From Nitrospirota bacterium (GTDB taxonomy: Bacteria; Nitrospirota; Nitrospiria; JACQBW01), in NCBI GenBank assembly GCA_016194305.1, contig JACQBW010000003.1:39224-103223 (forward strand): a DNA stretch of 64,000 nt, in the 5' to 3' direction. Position 1 is the first letter of the stretch; each line of letters opens with the position of its first letter. The notes under the pieces are model-generated. The model had not been told where the DNA came from and searched no databases. It worked only from the letters and a program-made list of their open reading frames with translations. This document shows positions 9,820-18,942 of this stretch, one piece after another. A program made the position numbers and the translations under genes.

Positions 9820-10455
9820 ATGTACGCCTCAGTCGCCTTCGGAACTGTGGCCTTGCACTTAACCGTTTCTCATCAGTCAGATACGGGAATATCGATGTTT
9901 TTATCAGTGCAGAACAGAAAAGGTGCAGTTTTAGCAGAGTGGATCATTGTATTTCCCCTTCTTTTATTCCTTTTCCTCGGAATAGCTCAGCTTGGGTTTA
10001 TCATGAACGCCAAGAATACAGTTACTTACGCGGCCTATTCCACCGCCCGCGTTCTTCTTACAAGAGGCAATCCAGCCCATTTTGGACAGAATCTCGAAGA
10101 GGAAGGGAGAAAATCAGCAGCGCTTGTCTGTATCGGGATTACCGGTATGGAAAACGTCACTCCCTATCTGCCGTCATCCGATCCCGATATTATCCATATT
10201 GCCAGCCGATATGACCAGGACGAAAGGTCTCATGCCGATTTCTTACAGAGATACTCTGCGGCACTTGATAAAACGCGTCTTAATATCCTTGAAATTAGGG
10301 AAGTTAACGACTTAATTAAAGTAAAAGTTGAAGTATTATATGACTATGAGCTCGATTTTCCGATTGTAAACCAGTTCATTGCAAGAGTATTTTCTGAGTT
10401 TTCCAGGTATGGCTATCCTCACATTACCCTCCGATCGACCGTTTCCCTGGGATAA
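9820..10455 (+). CDS. TadE-like pseudopilin. The true start is possibly the ATG at 9895.
   Basis: 'KGAVLAEWIIVFPLLLFLFLGIAQLGFI' matches the TadE/G-like N-terminal motif. Confidence 0.65.
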   Translation: MYASVAFGTVALHLTVSHQSDTGISMFLSVQNRKGAVLAEWIIVFPLLLFLFLGIAQLGFIMNAKNTVTYAAYSTARVLLTRGNPAHFGQNLEEEGRKSAALVCIGITGMENVTPYLPSSDPDIIHIASRYDQDERSHADFLQRYSAALDKTRLNILEIREVNDLIKVKVEVLYDYELDFPIVNQFIARVFSEFSRYGYPHITLRSTVSLG

Positions 10456-10457
10456 TC

Positions 10458-11447
10458 ATGGAATGTGGCAATCAAAAAGGCTCCATCTTCATTTTTTCAC
10501 TTTTTACCATTTTGGTATTAACGGGATTTTTGGCGATCGTGGCAAATGGCGGATATCTCATCACCAACAAAATACAGATACAAAATGCAGTTGACTCCGC
10601 TGCCTACTCAGGTGCTGTTGTTCAGGCAAGAGGATTAAACACGCTTTCGGCTTTAAATCAAACACTCGCAAATGTGGATTCGGTTTATCAGAAAGCTCTT
10701 TTCGCCTGGACGTCGGCTGTCCTGGCAGACGAAGGAGAGCCTGAAGGTCCAGCTCAAACCTTTTGGCGATCGATCTACGAGAAACCCTTGAGGGCCATCT
10801 GTTCCCCTGAATATCTTCGAAAAATTTATTGTATCGAGTCGAGAATTGTCTCCCGATTTAATGATCGTGTTAGAAGTGAAAAATGCCATTCAGGTAATTT
10901 ATCTTCAGATCATAGAAGTGTCGTAGCAGGGGAGTCCGAATCAATGGGAATAGCAAATCTGGGTCCCCTTGAGGTGCAAAATCTCCCATTTGCTGATTTC
11001 AGTGCCTGGTCGATGAATTTTGATCAAGGGAGCAAAAAACCAGGACTTTCTGTAGAGATTAATTCCGAAAGTGCAAAACATTTGACTGGAGCCGGTGCGA
11101 ATGAGGTTTCAATCGGAATTGTCTGTGACATTCCGGCGCGGTGGGGTCTGAAACCGGACTTTAATAAGAGTCAATATGTATTGAGCAGCGCAACCACGCC
11201 GGAAAAACAGGGACTTTATTTTTCGTATTATTTCGGAAGCGGAAATAAGTCTTATGCGATAGCCAAGGCCAAGCCATTCAGGAAGAACATGACTAGTCTT
11301 GAACTTCTGACCAGCGATTGGAACGCGCGACTGGTACCAATCAATGCCTCGCGTGAAGATGAAGAAACCTTTCAAAGATTCAGACGATCCACGGAAGGAA
11401 AAGAGTTAGGGTTTCAACAAGTGCCGACCGGTCCTCTATTGCACTGA
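10458..11447 (+). CDS. TadG-like Flp pilus assembly protein.
   Basis: 'IFIFSLFTILVLTGFLAIVANGGYLITNKIQIQNAVDSAAYSGAV' matches the TadG N-terminal domain signature. Confidence 0.65.
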   Translation: MECGNQKGSIFIFSLFTILVLTGFLAIVANGGYLITNKIQIQNAVDSAAYSGAVVQARGLNTLSALNQTLANVDSVYQKALFAWTSAVLADEGEPEGPAQTFWRSIYEKPLRAICSPEYLRKIYCIESRIVSRFNDRVRSEKCHSGNLSSDHRSVVAGESESMGIANLGPLEVQNLPFADFSAWSMNFDQGSKKPGLSVEINSESAKHLTGAGANEVSIGIVCDIPARWGLKPDFNKSQYVLSSATTPEKQGLYFSYYFGSGNKSYAIAKAKPFRKNMTSLELLTSDWNARLVPINASREDEETFQRFRRSTEGKELGFQQVPTGPLLH

Positions 11448-11467
11448 TGTGATCGGTAAGAGGTGAG

Positions 11468-11917
11468 GTGTCTGGTGTGAGAATTAAAAGAGATTTTTGT
11501 AATGAGCGGGGAATTGCGACAACGGAGTTCATCATAGTGAATCTGGTCTTTGTCATCTTTCTTGCCGGTTTTATGTTAATCGGGAACACCATATTAGCTA
11601 AAATGAAATCTTTGATCCTGGTCCGGAACATTGCTTTTAACCAGAATGATGGACTTGAAGAGATGAATTCGATTCACCATTCGGACGTGATTCAAGCAAG
11701 TAAGACGCCGTCCATCCTGCTAGATCGATGTCTTCGGCCTTATTTTGGGGTAAAAAAATCTAGAATTATTTCAGAGGCTCAAACTGAAGTGTCTACTCCG
11801 TTCAATGACTGGATTCCCCACAGAATTATATCGGATCAATATCACCTGGCTACCGATACCTGGAAAGCCCAATCATCACTGGCGATCGGCGTCCTGGTGG
11901 CAAGTTGTTCTGATTAA
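11468..11917 (+). CDS. TadE-like pseudopilin.
   Basis: 'RGIATTEFIIVNLVFVIFLAGFMLIGNT' matches the TadE-like motif. Confidence 0.65.
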   Translation: MSGVRIKRDFCNERGIATTEFIIVNLVFVIFLAGFMLIGNTILAKMKSLILVRNIAFNQNDGLEEMNSIHHSDVIQASKTPSILLDRCLRPYFGVKKSRIISEAQTEVSTPFNDWIPHRIISDQYHLATDTWKAQSSLAIGVLVASCSD

Positions 11918-11945
11918 ATTAACAGTGAGTCCCTAGAATAAAACA

Positions 11946-12779
11946 ATGACGAATCCAACATTAAAAAGGCTGTTTCCTCTTATTGTTTCGATTGGTGCAG
12001 GACTCCTGGCCGTGGCACTCCTTCAGATTTATTTGAAAAAGGAACGAAACAAGATGGATGAAGCGGAAAAACTGTTCGCAGTAGCCATGATAAATACCGA
12101 CCTGCCGGCCGGGACCACAATTGAAGAATCGTTTTTTGAAAAAAAAGAAATCCCAAAGAAATATTTCCATGAAAAAGAGGTACTTTTTTCGGATCTTTCT
12201 CAAGTTATGGGACAGCCGCTTAGGTATCCGGTAAAAAATGGCGAGACGCTTCTCTGGACCGGTATTAGCGGAAAACGGGACAATGCACTATCAACCCTTC
12301 TGGAGAAAGGAAAACGAGCTCTGACGCTGGGAGTAGATGAAATTACTTCGGTCTCAGGGCTCATTCAGCCAGGTGATCACGTCGATATTTTAGGAACATT
12401 TTTTGTCGGGAGCCTTCAAAAAGAAGGTTTTTCTCTAAATCAGGGAGAGGCAACAGTCATGCTTCAGCAAAACGTTCTTGTTTTGGCGGTTGGAACGGAA
12501 CTTCATCTTCGAAAGAATGGAAATGGGGATGAAAACAACGGATACAGCGGGTTGACAGTGGCCGTGACTCCTGAAGAGGCCGGTCACTTGATTCTCGCTC
12601 AAAATCGAGGAAAACTGATGCTGATACTGCGCCATTTCGGGGACACTGAGGTAATTTCCGACATTCCCAGGGTGACCTACGATGAAATTCGATTGGGAAA
12701 GGAAGTTCGTTATCTCTCGAAGGAGCGGAATCAAAAAATTATTGAAATCCCGCTAGAGAATTCCAAGAAGAGAAAGTAG
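11946..12779 (+). CDS. cpaB: Flp pilus assembly protein CpaB/RcpC.
   Basis: There is an N-terminal TM helix, then a SAF-like domain and a C-terminal beta domain. Its position immediately before the secretin fits CpaB. Confidence 0.75.
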   Translation: MTNPTLKRLFPLIVSIGAGLLAVALLQIYLKKERNKMDEAEKLFAVAMINTDLPAGTTIEESFFEKKEIPKKYFHEKEVLFSDLSQVMGQPLRYPVKNGETLLWTGISGKRDNALSTLLEKGKRALTLGVDEITSVSGLIQPGDHVDILGTFFVGSLQKEGFSLNQGEATVMLQQNVLVLAVGTELHLRKNGNGDENNGYSGLTVAVTPEEAGHLILAQNRGKLMLILRHFGDTEVISDIPRVTYDEIRLGKEVRYLSKERNQKIIEIPLENSKKRK

Positions 12780-12788
12780 CGTTGCAAT

Positions 12789-13784
12789 ATGGGATATTTG
12801 ATCTCAGCGTTGGGCCTGACATTGTCCTGCATTCTGCTTCTCCTACATACAGGATTTGCGAAAGAGATTATTGAAATAGATCAGACTGCTCCGACATTGT
12901 CCTATATCCCAAAATCGGAATCGATCGAATCCGGAAAAGCGCTTGAGATATCGATTCAGGCAACTGACAATCAGAATGTAAAAAGGGTGACCCTCTTTTA
13001 TCGATTGATCAGCAACGGAGAATATCATTCCGCTGAAATGATCAGAACTGACCAAGATCATTATGCCTACGTTATTCCGGGCGATGAAATTTACGGAGAA
13101 AGACTTGAGTACTATTTTACTGCAGAAGATAACGCCGGGAATAGAACCATGAAAGGATTTTCTGCAACTCCTCTTTTATTGTACCTGGTTCCGGTTGGAA
13201 AAAATTCAAATAAGAAGATAGTCCCTGTCCAATCAGCTCGTCATTCCCTGGTTACTGCGTCGTATTCAAACAATGCGCTTGTATTCACATTTGGAGAGTC
13301 CTTGATTCGATTAGCCGATCAGGGCAATCAATTAAATGTACCGTCCTATTATTACGGTGCAGAAGGCCAATTTCCCTACAAATCGGGATTTGAATTCGAC
13401 ATTGGTTTAAACGGAACTCACTCTGACTCAATCAAAATGAATTGGGTGGTTTACCAGAACCAAAGCGGGACATTGTACGAATCTCTTGACACCTTTTCCG
13501 TTTACGCTGGTCAAAGATTTTGCCAAAAGGAAACATCATTTCTGATAGGGGTCAACTATCTGACCGCTCGAATCAACGATAGAAATCTCTTAAATTCCAG
13601 CGGATTTCGTATTACCCGATTTGCCGATGAAAATTATAATCAAACTGGAGCAATCCTTGGAATTGGTTGGCATTACCCGGTCTCCAGTCATTTCTATGTA
13701 GGCATTGATCCGAAACTTAATATCTATTTCACAGGTCAATTGAATAGTCTGAGTTTTCCTATCGAGATTCGCTATGAATTCTAG
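12789..13784 (+). CDS. Outer-membrane protein with a signal peptide, an N-terminal Ig-like domain and a C-terminal beta-barrel ending ...IRYEF.
   Basis: The signal peptide is 'MGYLISALGLTLSCILLLLHTGFA'. The N-domain has a 'YYFTAEDNAGN' Ig-like signature. The C-terminal half has alternating aromatic/hydrophobic residues and a terminal Phe (OMP sorting signal). It is embedded in the tad locus. Confidence 0.45.
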   Translation: MGYLISALGLTLSCILLLLHTGFAKEIIEIDQTAPTLSYIPKSESIESGKALEISIQATDNQNVKRVTLFYRLISNGEYHSAEMIRTDQDHYAYVIPGDEIYGERLEYYFTAEDNAGNRTMKGFSATPLLLYLVPVGKNSNKKIVPVQSARHSLVTASYSNNALVFTFGESLIRLADQGNQLNVPSYYYGAEGQFPYKSGFEFDIGLNGTHSDSIKMNWVVYQNQSGTLYESLDTFSVYAGQRFCQKETSFLIGVNYLTARINDRNLLNSSGFRITRFADENYNQTGAILGIGWHYPVSSHFYVGIDPKLNIYFTGQLNSLSFPIEIRYEF

Positions 13785-15024
13785 AAAGAAACCCCTTTTG
13801 TTCCTTACATTGTTATTGCTGGGAATATCCAGTTCTGCTTTCGGCGCGGATGTCACTCTCAGCCAGGGTGAAAAAGTTAAGATTCCTTTTGATAATCTCC
13901 AAAGAATTATTGTGGCCGACGAAAAGGTGATCCAAGTAACGGTTCAATATTCGGAAAAAAAGATTGAAATAACAGGATTGGAGGAGGGAGAAAGCGAGCT
14001 TTCGTTTTTGGCTCCAAGTGGAGGTAAGAAGACTCTATTGGTTGAAGTGTTGAAAAAGACAAAATCTTTTAGAAAAAAGGCTCAAAGAAAAGAGATAAAT
14101 CGGGAACCCAAATTTAGAGAAATCGAGACAGAAATTCGAAACCAGGCAAGAACGATCCCTTTTTCGGTTCAGGTTACGGAGGAAAACATTACTCTTAAAG
14201 GGGAAGTTTATGACAATGCTTCCAGATCTAATCTGGAGCACATTGCCTCCACATATGGGAAGAAAGTAGTAAATCTGGTCAATGTGGTTCGTCCTATGGT
14301 CGAAATGGATGTAAAAATCGTACAGGTTGATCAGGTCGAAGGAGACTCGTTCGGAGGTAATCTTTTAAAAAATCTCGGATTAACTACGGATATGGGTTTC
14401 GCAACCGACATTAAGCCGCATCTTTCACTTGCCACGCAAGTACAATCTTCCCTTAACCTGCTGGTTAATCATGGCAAGGCAAAAGTCCTTTCAGAGCCCC
14501 ACCTCTCTTGCAGAACCGGAGATCATGCCACCTTTCACTCGGGAGGTGAGATCGGATTCAGGGTTTCAGGAGTTGGACATTCGAGTGTTAAATTTAAGGA
14601 GTACGGTCTGATTCTTCAAATTGAACCTAATATAGTTGAACAGGGGAAGATAGAAAGCCACATCACTATTGAGATTAGTGCACCTACCAGTTCACCGACC
14701 TCATCTCAGGATATCGGGTTTACGAAATTTAACGCAGATTCCCATATCGTCAGCAGGCCGAATGAGACGATCATCATTGCAGGCCTTGCGGAGAATATTC
14801 AACATCATTTTCAGGAACAAACTCCTCTTCTAGGAAATATCCCGGTTTTAAGTCTCTTTTTCAGCGAAAAACAGGATCAACATTCACGGCGGGATCTTCT
14901 TATGATCGTCACTCCGACTTTTACGAAAGTCGAAAGAATTGAAGATTACGAACCTGCTTCTGTTATACAGAAAGAAGGTCTCGAAAAAGAAATAAATGGA
15001 GATATTTCGGAGATTGAACCCTGA
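13774..15024 (+). CDS. cpaC: Tad secretin CpaC/RcpA.
   Basis: There is a signal peptide. The N-terminal pilus-formation domain 'VTLSQGEKVKIPFDNLQRIIVADEKVIQVTV' is present. The C-terminal secretin domain has 'IIIAGLAEN...TPLLGNIPVLSLFFSEK...RRDLLMIVTP'. Confidence 0.85.
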   Translation: MNSRKKPLLFLTLLLLGISSSAFGADVTLSQGEKVKIPFDNLQRIIVADEKVIQVTVQYSEKKIEITGLEEGESELSFLAPSGGKKTLLVEVLKKTKSFRKKAQRKEINREPKFREIETEIRNQARTIPFSVQVTEENITLKGEVYDNASRSNLEHIASTYGKKVVNLVNVVRPMVEMDVKIVQVDQVEGDSFGGNLLKNLGLTTDMGFATDIKPHLSLATQVQSSLNLLVNHGKAKVLSEPHLSCRTGDHATFHSGGEIGFRVSGVGHSSVKFKEYGLILQIEPNIVEQGKIESHITIEISAPTSSPTSSQDIGFTKFNADSHIVSRPNETIIIAGLAENIQHHFQEQTPLLGNIPVLSLFFSEKQDQHSRRDLLMIVTPTFTKVERIEDYEPASVIQKEGLEKEINGDISEIEP

Positions 15025-16589
15025 TGCCCTATGTTCGAGTATTAAACCGTAGCGTCGAAATTCATAAAGACCCTTTTTTGATAGGAAGATCTCCTGACGG
15101 CGATTTGGTTCTGCCGGAAGCGTCTGTCTCCAGGAAACATGCCCAGATTATTGTCTTCAATGGAAAGTATTTTCTTGAAGATCTAAAAAGCAGATCAGGG
15201 ATAAAGATAAATGACCTTGTTGTTGCCAAGGGTGAATTGAGAGACGATGATCAAATTACGATCGGACCATTTAACCTCATTTTCTCCTTGCATTCTGAAA
15301 GCAGTTCCCCCAGACACGCGGAAGATGAAATTTATGCTTTAAAAAAAGAATTTCACAGGGAGTTGTTTAATCAGATTGATGTTAAAAAAATATCGCTGGA
15401 GTTCCATTCTGACGATGATATCAGAAAAATGACCAAATCGGCACTGGAAGTAATTATTCAAAATAATCAAGAGAGGATCCCAAAAAGTGTTGACGTTGAT
15501 CATTTTGTGAAAGAACTTATGGATGAAATACTGGGACTCGGACCCATAGAGCCCTTTCTGTCAGATCCCGAAATAACTGAGGTGATGGTCAATGGTTCAA
15601 ATCAGATTTATATCGAAAAAAAAGGGAAATTGATCCTGACAGGAAAGAGATTTATGGGAGACGAACAGGTTCGAACCGTCATTGAACGGATCGTTCATCC
15701 GATTGGCAGAAGAATCGATGAGAGCTCTCCAATGGTTGATGCGCGTTTAAGAGACGGCAGCAGAGTGAATGCCATTATCCCTCCGCTTTCCTTAAATGGT
15801 CCCATAATAACGATTCGAAAGTTTCCTCCCACTCAAATGGGGGAGGAACAATTAACCAAAAACGAATCGCTCACCAAGAAAATGTTAGAGTTTCTTAAGT
15901 TTTGCGTTTCCAACCGAATGAATATCTTGATTTCCGGTGGAACCGGATCAGGAAAGACGACACTATTAAATGTTTTGTCCGGATTCATTCCGTCCGGAGA
16001 ACGGATCGTCACGATTGAAGATTCTGCGGAGTTGAGGCTAGCTCAACCCCATGTGATATCTCTTGAGACCCGTCCAGCGAATATGGAAGGGAGGGGATTA
16101 ATAACGATCCGGGACCTTGTTCGAAACTCTCTTCGAATGCGTCCCGACAGAATCGTAATTGGTGAGTGTCGTGGCGGAGAAGCGTTTGATCTGCTTTCGG
16201 CAATGAATACCGGCCATGATGGATCCCTCTCCACCATTCACGCAAATTCCCCCCGCGATGCCCTTTCACGGTTTGAAACTCTAGTTTTAATGGCGGGCAT
16301 GGATCTTCCCTCTAGAGCAATTCGTCAGCAAATTGCCTCTGCGGTTCAAATTATTATTCAGCAATCCAGATTCTCAGACGGCTCAAGGAAAATAACCCAT
16401 ATTGTTGAAGTGACGGGAATGGAAGGAGAGACTTTTACACTGCAGGAAATATATCGCTATAAGCGGGAAGGGTGGCACGAAGATGGAAAGCTGAAAGGTC
16501 GATTTGAATCATCTTCATTAATGCCATTGCTTTGTACTCGCCTTCGAAATGAAGGACATCACATTCCGACTGAATGGTTTGAAAATTAA
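15024..16589 (+). CDS. cpaF: CpaF/TadA secretion ATPase with an N-terminal FHA domain.
   Basis: The FHA domain is 'FLIGRSPDGDLVLPEASVSRKHAQIIVFNGKYFLEDLKSRSGIKIND'. Walker A is 'ISGGTGSGKTTLLN'. Walker B, Asp and His boxes typical of the VirB11/CpaF family are present. Confidence 0.85.
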   Translation: MPYVRVLNRSVEIHKDPFLIGRSPDGDLVLPEASVSRKHAQIIVFNGKYFLEDLKSRSGIKINDLVVAKGELRDDDQITIGPFNLIFSLHSESSSPRHAEDEIYALKKEFHRELFNQIDVKKISLEFHSDDDIRKMTKSALEVIIQNNQERIPKSVDVDHFVKELMDEILGLGPIEPFLSDPEITEVMVNGSNQIYIEKKGKLILTGKRFMGDEQVRTVIERIVHPIGRRIDESSPMVDARLRDGSRVNAIIPPLSLNGPIITIRKFPPTQMGEEQLTKNESLTKKMLEFLKFCVSNRMNILISGGTGSGKTTLLNVLSGFIPSGERIVTIEDSAELRLAQPHVISLETRPANMEGRGLITIRDLVRNSLRMRPDRIVIGECRGGEAFDLLSAMNTGHDGSLSTIHANSPRDALSRFETLVLMAGMDLPSRAIRQQIASAVQIIIQQSRFSDGSRKITHIVEVTGMEGETFTLQEIYRYKREGWHEDGKLKGRFESSSLMPLLCTRLRNEGHHIPTEWFEN

Positions 16590-16597
16590 GTTCACTA

Positions 16598-17470
16598 TTA
16601 TCGAAATAAATAATCGAGTGCAATTCCAATAAATATAAAAGTTCCGAAGAGTCCATGGTTTTTAAAGAGTTTAAACGCAATTTCGGGAGCTGTATTTCTT
16701 TTTAGTTGGTAGACCTGAACAGAAATAAAGATTCCCGTGATCAACAGACTGATAAAATACAGCGTGTGCAAGTGAGCAAGAATGCCCGTCCACAAGAGAA
16801 ATAAGAGGAAAGAAATACAAGAAAGTCCGAACGCAAGCCAAACATATTGGCCAAACAAGATAGCCGTTGATTTCACACCGATCCTCATATCATCTTCCCT
16901 GTCCATTAAAGCGTATATCGTGTCATAGGCAAGAGACCAAAAAATGTTTGCGGTAAAGATCAATAGGGGAGTGAATTCGATCTTGTCCTTAACCGCCACC
17001 CACGCCATGATGACGCCCCAACCAAAACTGATTCCGAGTACCAGTTGGGGAGTTGAAATAATTCTCTTGGTAAAGGGGTAAACGATGGCAAGGAAAATTC
17101 CGATCACACTTAATAGAATCGTAAATGGGTTGAGCATCATGACCAGAAGAAAAGCGAGAACGGAGAGGATGGCAAACAGGATGACGCCTTCTTTTACAGT
17201 AACCTCGCCGCTTGCGATGGGTCTGGCCTTCGTTCTCTGAACCTGGGGATCAATTTTCCGGTCCGCAATATCATTGATCACACAACCTGCGCTTCGCATG
17301 AGAAAAGAGCCTATGGTAAAGATGGCAAGCAATTTGATGGAAGGCTTTCCGTCACTTGCAATCCAGAGCGACCAAAGCGTTGGCATTAATACGAGAACGG
17401 TGCCTACCGGCCGATCGAACCGAATGAGCCTCAGATACACGTTAAACTTGTGACGTGTGAGCCAGATCAA
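16598..17470 (-). CDS. ubiA: 4-hydroxybenzoate polyprenyltransferase.
   Basis: It carries the UbiA motifs 'NDIADRKID' and 'YDTIYALMDREDD'. It is polytopic. Confidence 0.85.
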   Translation of the reverse strand: MIWLTRHKFNVYLRLIRFDRPVGTVLVLMPTLWSLWIASDGKPSIKLLAIFTIGSFLMRSAGCVINDIADRKIDPQVQRTKARPIASGEVTVKEGVILFAILSVLAFLLVMMLNPFTILLSVIGIFLAIVYPFTKRIISTPQLVLGISFGWGVIMAWVAVKDKIEFTPLLIFTANIFWSLAYDTIYALMDREDDMRIGVKSTAILFGQYVWLAFGLSCISFLLFLLWTGILAHLHTLYFISLLITGIFISVQVYQLKRNTAPEIAFKLFKNHGLFGTFIFIGIALDYLFR

Positions 17471-17477
17471 ATTTAAA

Positions 17478-18122
17478 CTACAGGTTTAGGAGGCGAGGTG
17501 AAAACACCTCGTAAATCGAAGCGAGGAATTGTTGTGGAGAAGAAAGTCTGTAATGACGATACCATAGTGTCGTATCCACGGACACTTTGAATTCTCGCGA
17601 TAGGTCTCTGGATTGGATCGTGCCGAATCCAAGTTTATCTTTGACGGAAGGGATTTTCATTTTTTCAATTAATTCGCCGATGGAAAATATTTGCGATAGT
17701 AACGCTTCATGCACAGAAGGATTCAGGCTTTGTAGAGGGAGGAAAGAGCATGCATAGACCAGCTTTTCCCCTTCCTGACTGAGAATCCAGATCTCCCTTT
17801 GCAATCCCTTTTCAGGATCTTTAAGGTCAAGAAACCGAACGAGTTGAGGGTCGGCTTCATAGAGTCCCTGTCGGATCACGTCAATGTGGACTGGAGCGGT
17901 CAAAAGTGCTTGAAGTGTGGAGGTGAGGGTTCCGCCTCCCGTCAGAAAAATTCGGTGAAATGAGCTAATCGGTAAATGTTTTGAACCGTCTGCGAAAGAA
18001 GCGATACTCTCCCATTTTTCAGAATGGGGGAATTGAACAATTTGTTCCATTTTGATAGAATACAAAACGAGATATGGCATGTCAATGACTGATTGGTCGA
18101 CGAATTGAATCGGGGCTTTCAT
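17478..18122 (-). CDS. Chorismate lyase-like (UbiC/DUF98-type) protein.
   Basis: It sits immediately upstream of ubiA in the same orientation. Size and composition fit the chorismate-lyase fold. The call rests on family resemblance only. Confidence 0.45.
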   Translation of the reverse strand: MKAPIQFVDQSVIDMPYLVLYSIKMEQIVQFPHSEKWESIASFADGSKHLPISSFHRIFLTGGGTLTSTLQALLTAPVHIDVIRQGLYEADPQLVRFLDLKDPEKGLQREIWILSQEGEKLVYACSFLPLQSLNPSVHEALLSQIFSIGELIEKMKIPSVKDKLGFGTIQSRDLSREFKVSVDTTLWYRHYRLSSPQQFLASIYEVFSPRLLNL

Positions 18123-18137
18123 GAAAAATGATAGCCC

Positions 18138-18166
18138 TTGACATTATTTATAACCTATTGTATTTT
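18138..18166 (+). promoter_or_regulatory. Sigma70-type promoter: TTGACA, 17 nt, TATTTT. It serves the ihfA-like gene.
   Basis: Read directly from the sequence, about 40 nt upstream of the 18205 start. Confidence 0.45.
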
Positions 18167-18204
18167 ATATTCAATTTTAAATCTGGGCCGAGCAGGATTG
18201 TTAA

Positions 18205-18552
18205 ATGAGAAAAGCGGACATTACGACAGAACTATTTGAAAAGATAGGCGTCTCTAAAAAGGAGGGTGCCGAAATTCTTGAAATCATACTTTCGACCGTC
18301 AAGGATGTCCTGAAAAAAGGTGAAGTTGTTAAAATAGCCGGATTTGGAAATTTTGTCGTGAGGCAAAAAAAGGAAAGAAAAGGACGAAATCCGAAGACGG
18401 GACAAGAGATTGGCATTACGCCACGAAAAGTCGTTACTTTTAGACCGAGTCAGGTTTTCAAAAAATATGTTAACGACCCCGCCAATATCACCAAGAATGA
18501 AGAATCCGATACGATCTTAAAAGGGGAGCAGGATAATAATATCACTTTGTAA
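18205..18552 (+). CDS. ihfA: Integration host factor alpha-like / HU-family DNA-binding protein.
   Basis: The HU/IHF fold signature 'GFGNFVVRQKKERKGRNPKTGQEIGITPRKVVTFRPSQVFK' is present. Confidence 0.75.
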   Translation: MRKADITTELFEKIGVSKKEGAEILEIILSTVKDVLKKGEVVKIAGFGNFVVRQKKERKGRNPKTGQEIGITPRKVVTFRPSQVFKKYVNDPANITKNEESDTILKGEQDNNITL

Positions 18553-18561
18553 AAAGTCGGT

Positions 18562-18942
18562 ATGAAAAAAGAGCCCAGCAAGATTCAGATAAGGAAATCC
18601 GATTCCAAAAAAGTCGTAGGCCGGAAAATGACGGGCCATGCCAAAATGTTTTATAAAATTGGTGAGGTAAGCAAATTAACCGGACTCGAATCGTATGTGC
18701 TTCGATTTTGGGAAAATGAATTTACTCTCCTCCATCCAAGAAAGAATGATGGAGGTCAAAGAGTCTATCTTCAGAAGGATATTGAGTTGATTTTGAAAAT
18801 AAAGAAAATGCTCTATGAAGAAGGGTATACCATAGCGGGAGCAAAGAAGGTCCTAAAGCAGTTTCCCGGTCAAATCACTTCTGATTTGCCTTTAGGCCGC
18901 ATTCAGAAGGAACTTAGAGGTATTCTTGAACTCTTACATTAG
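18562..18942 (+). CDS. MerR-family transcriptional regulator.
   Basis: The HTH is 'YKIGEVSKLTGLESYVLRFWENEF'. It follows the IHF-like gene immediately. Confidence 0.75.
   Translation: MKKEPSKIQIRKSDSKKVVGRKMTGHAKMFYKIGEVSKLTGLESYVLRFWENEFTLLHPRKNDGGQRVYLQKDIELILKIKKMLYEEGYTIAGAKKVLKQFPGQITSDLPLGRIQKELRGILELLH

Noticed and set aside
16590-18200. Possible missing tadB/tadC hidden on the plus strand after cpaF.
   Set aside because: No plus-strand ORF exists. The region is fully occupied by minus-strand ubiA and a chorismate-lyase-like gene.
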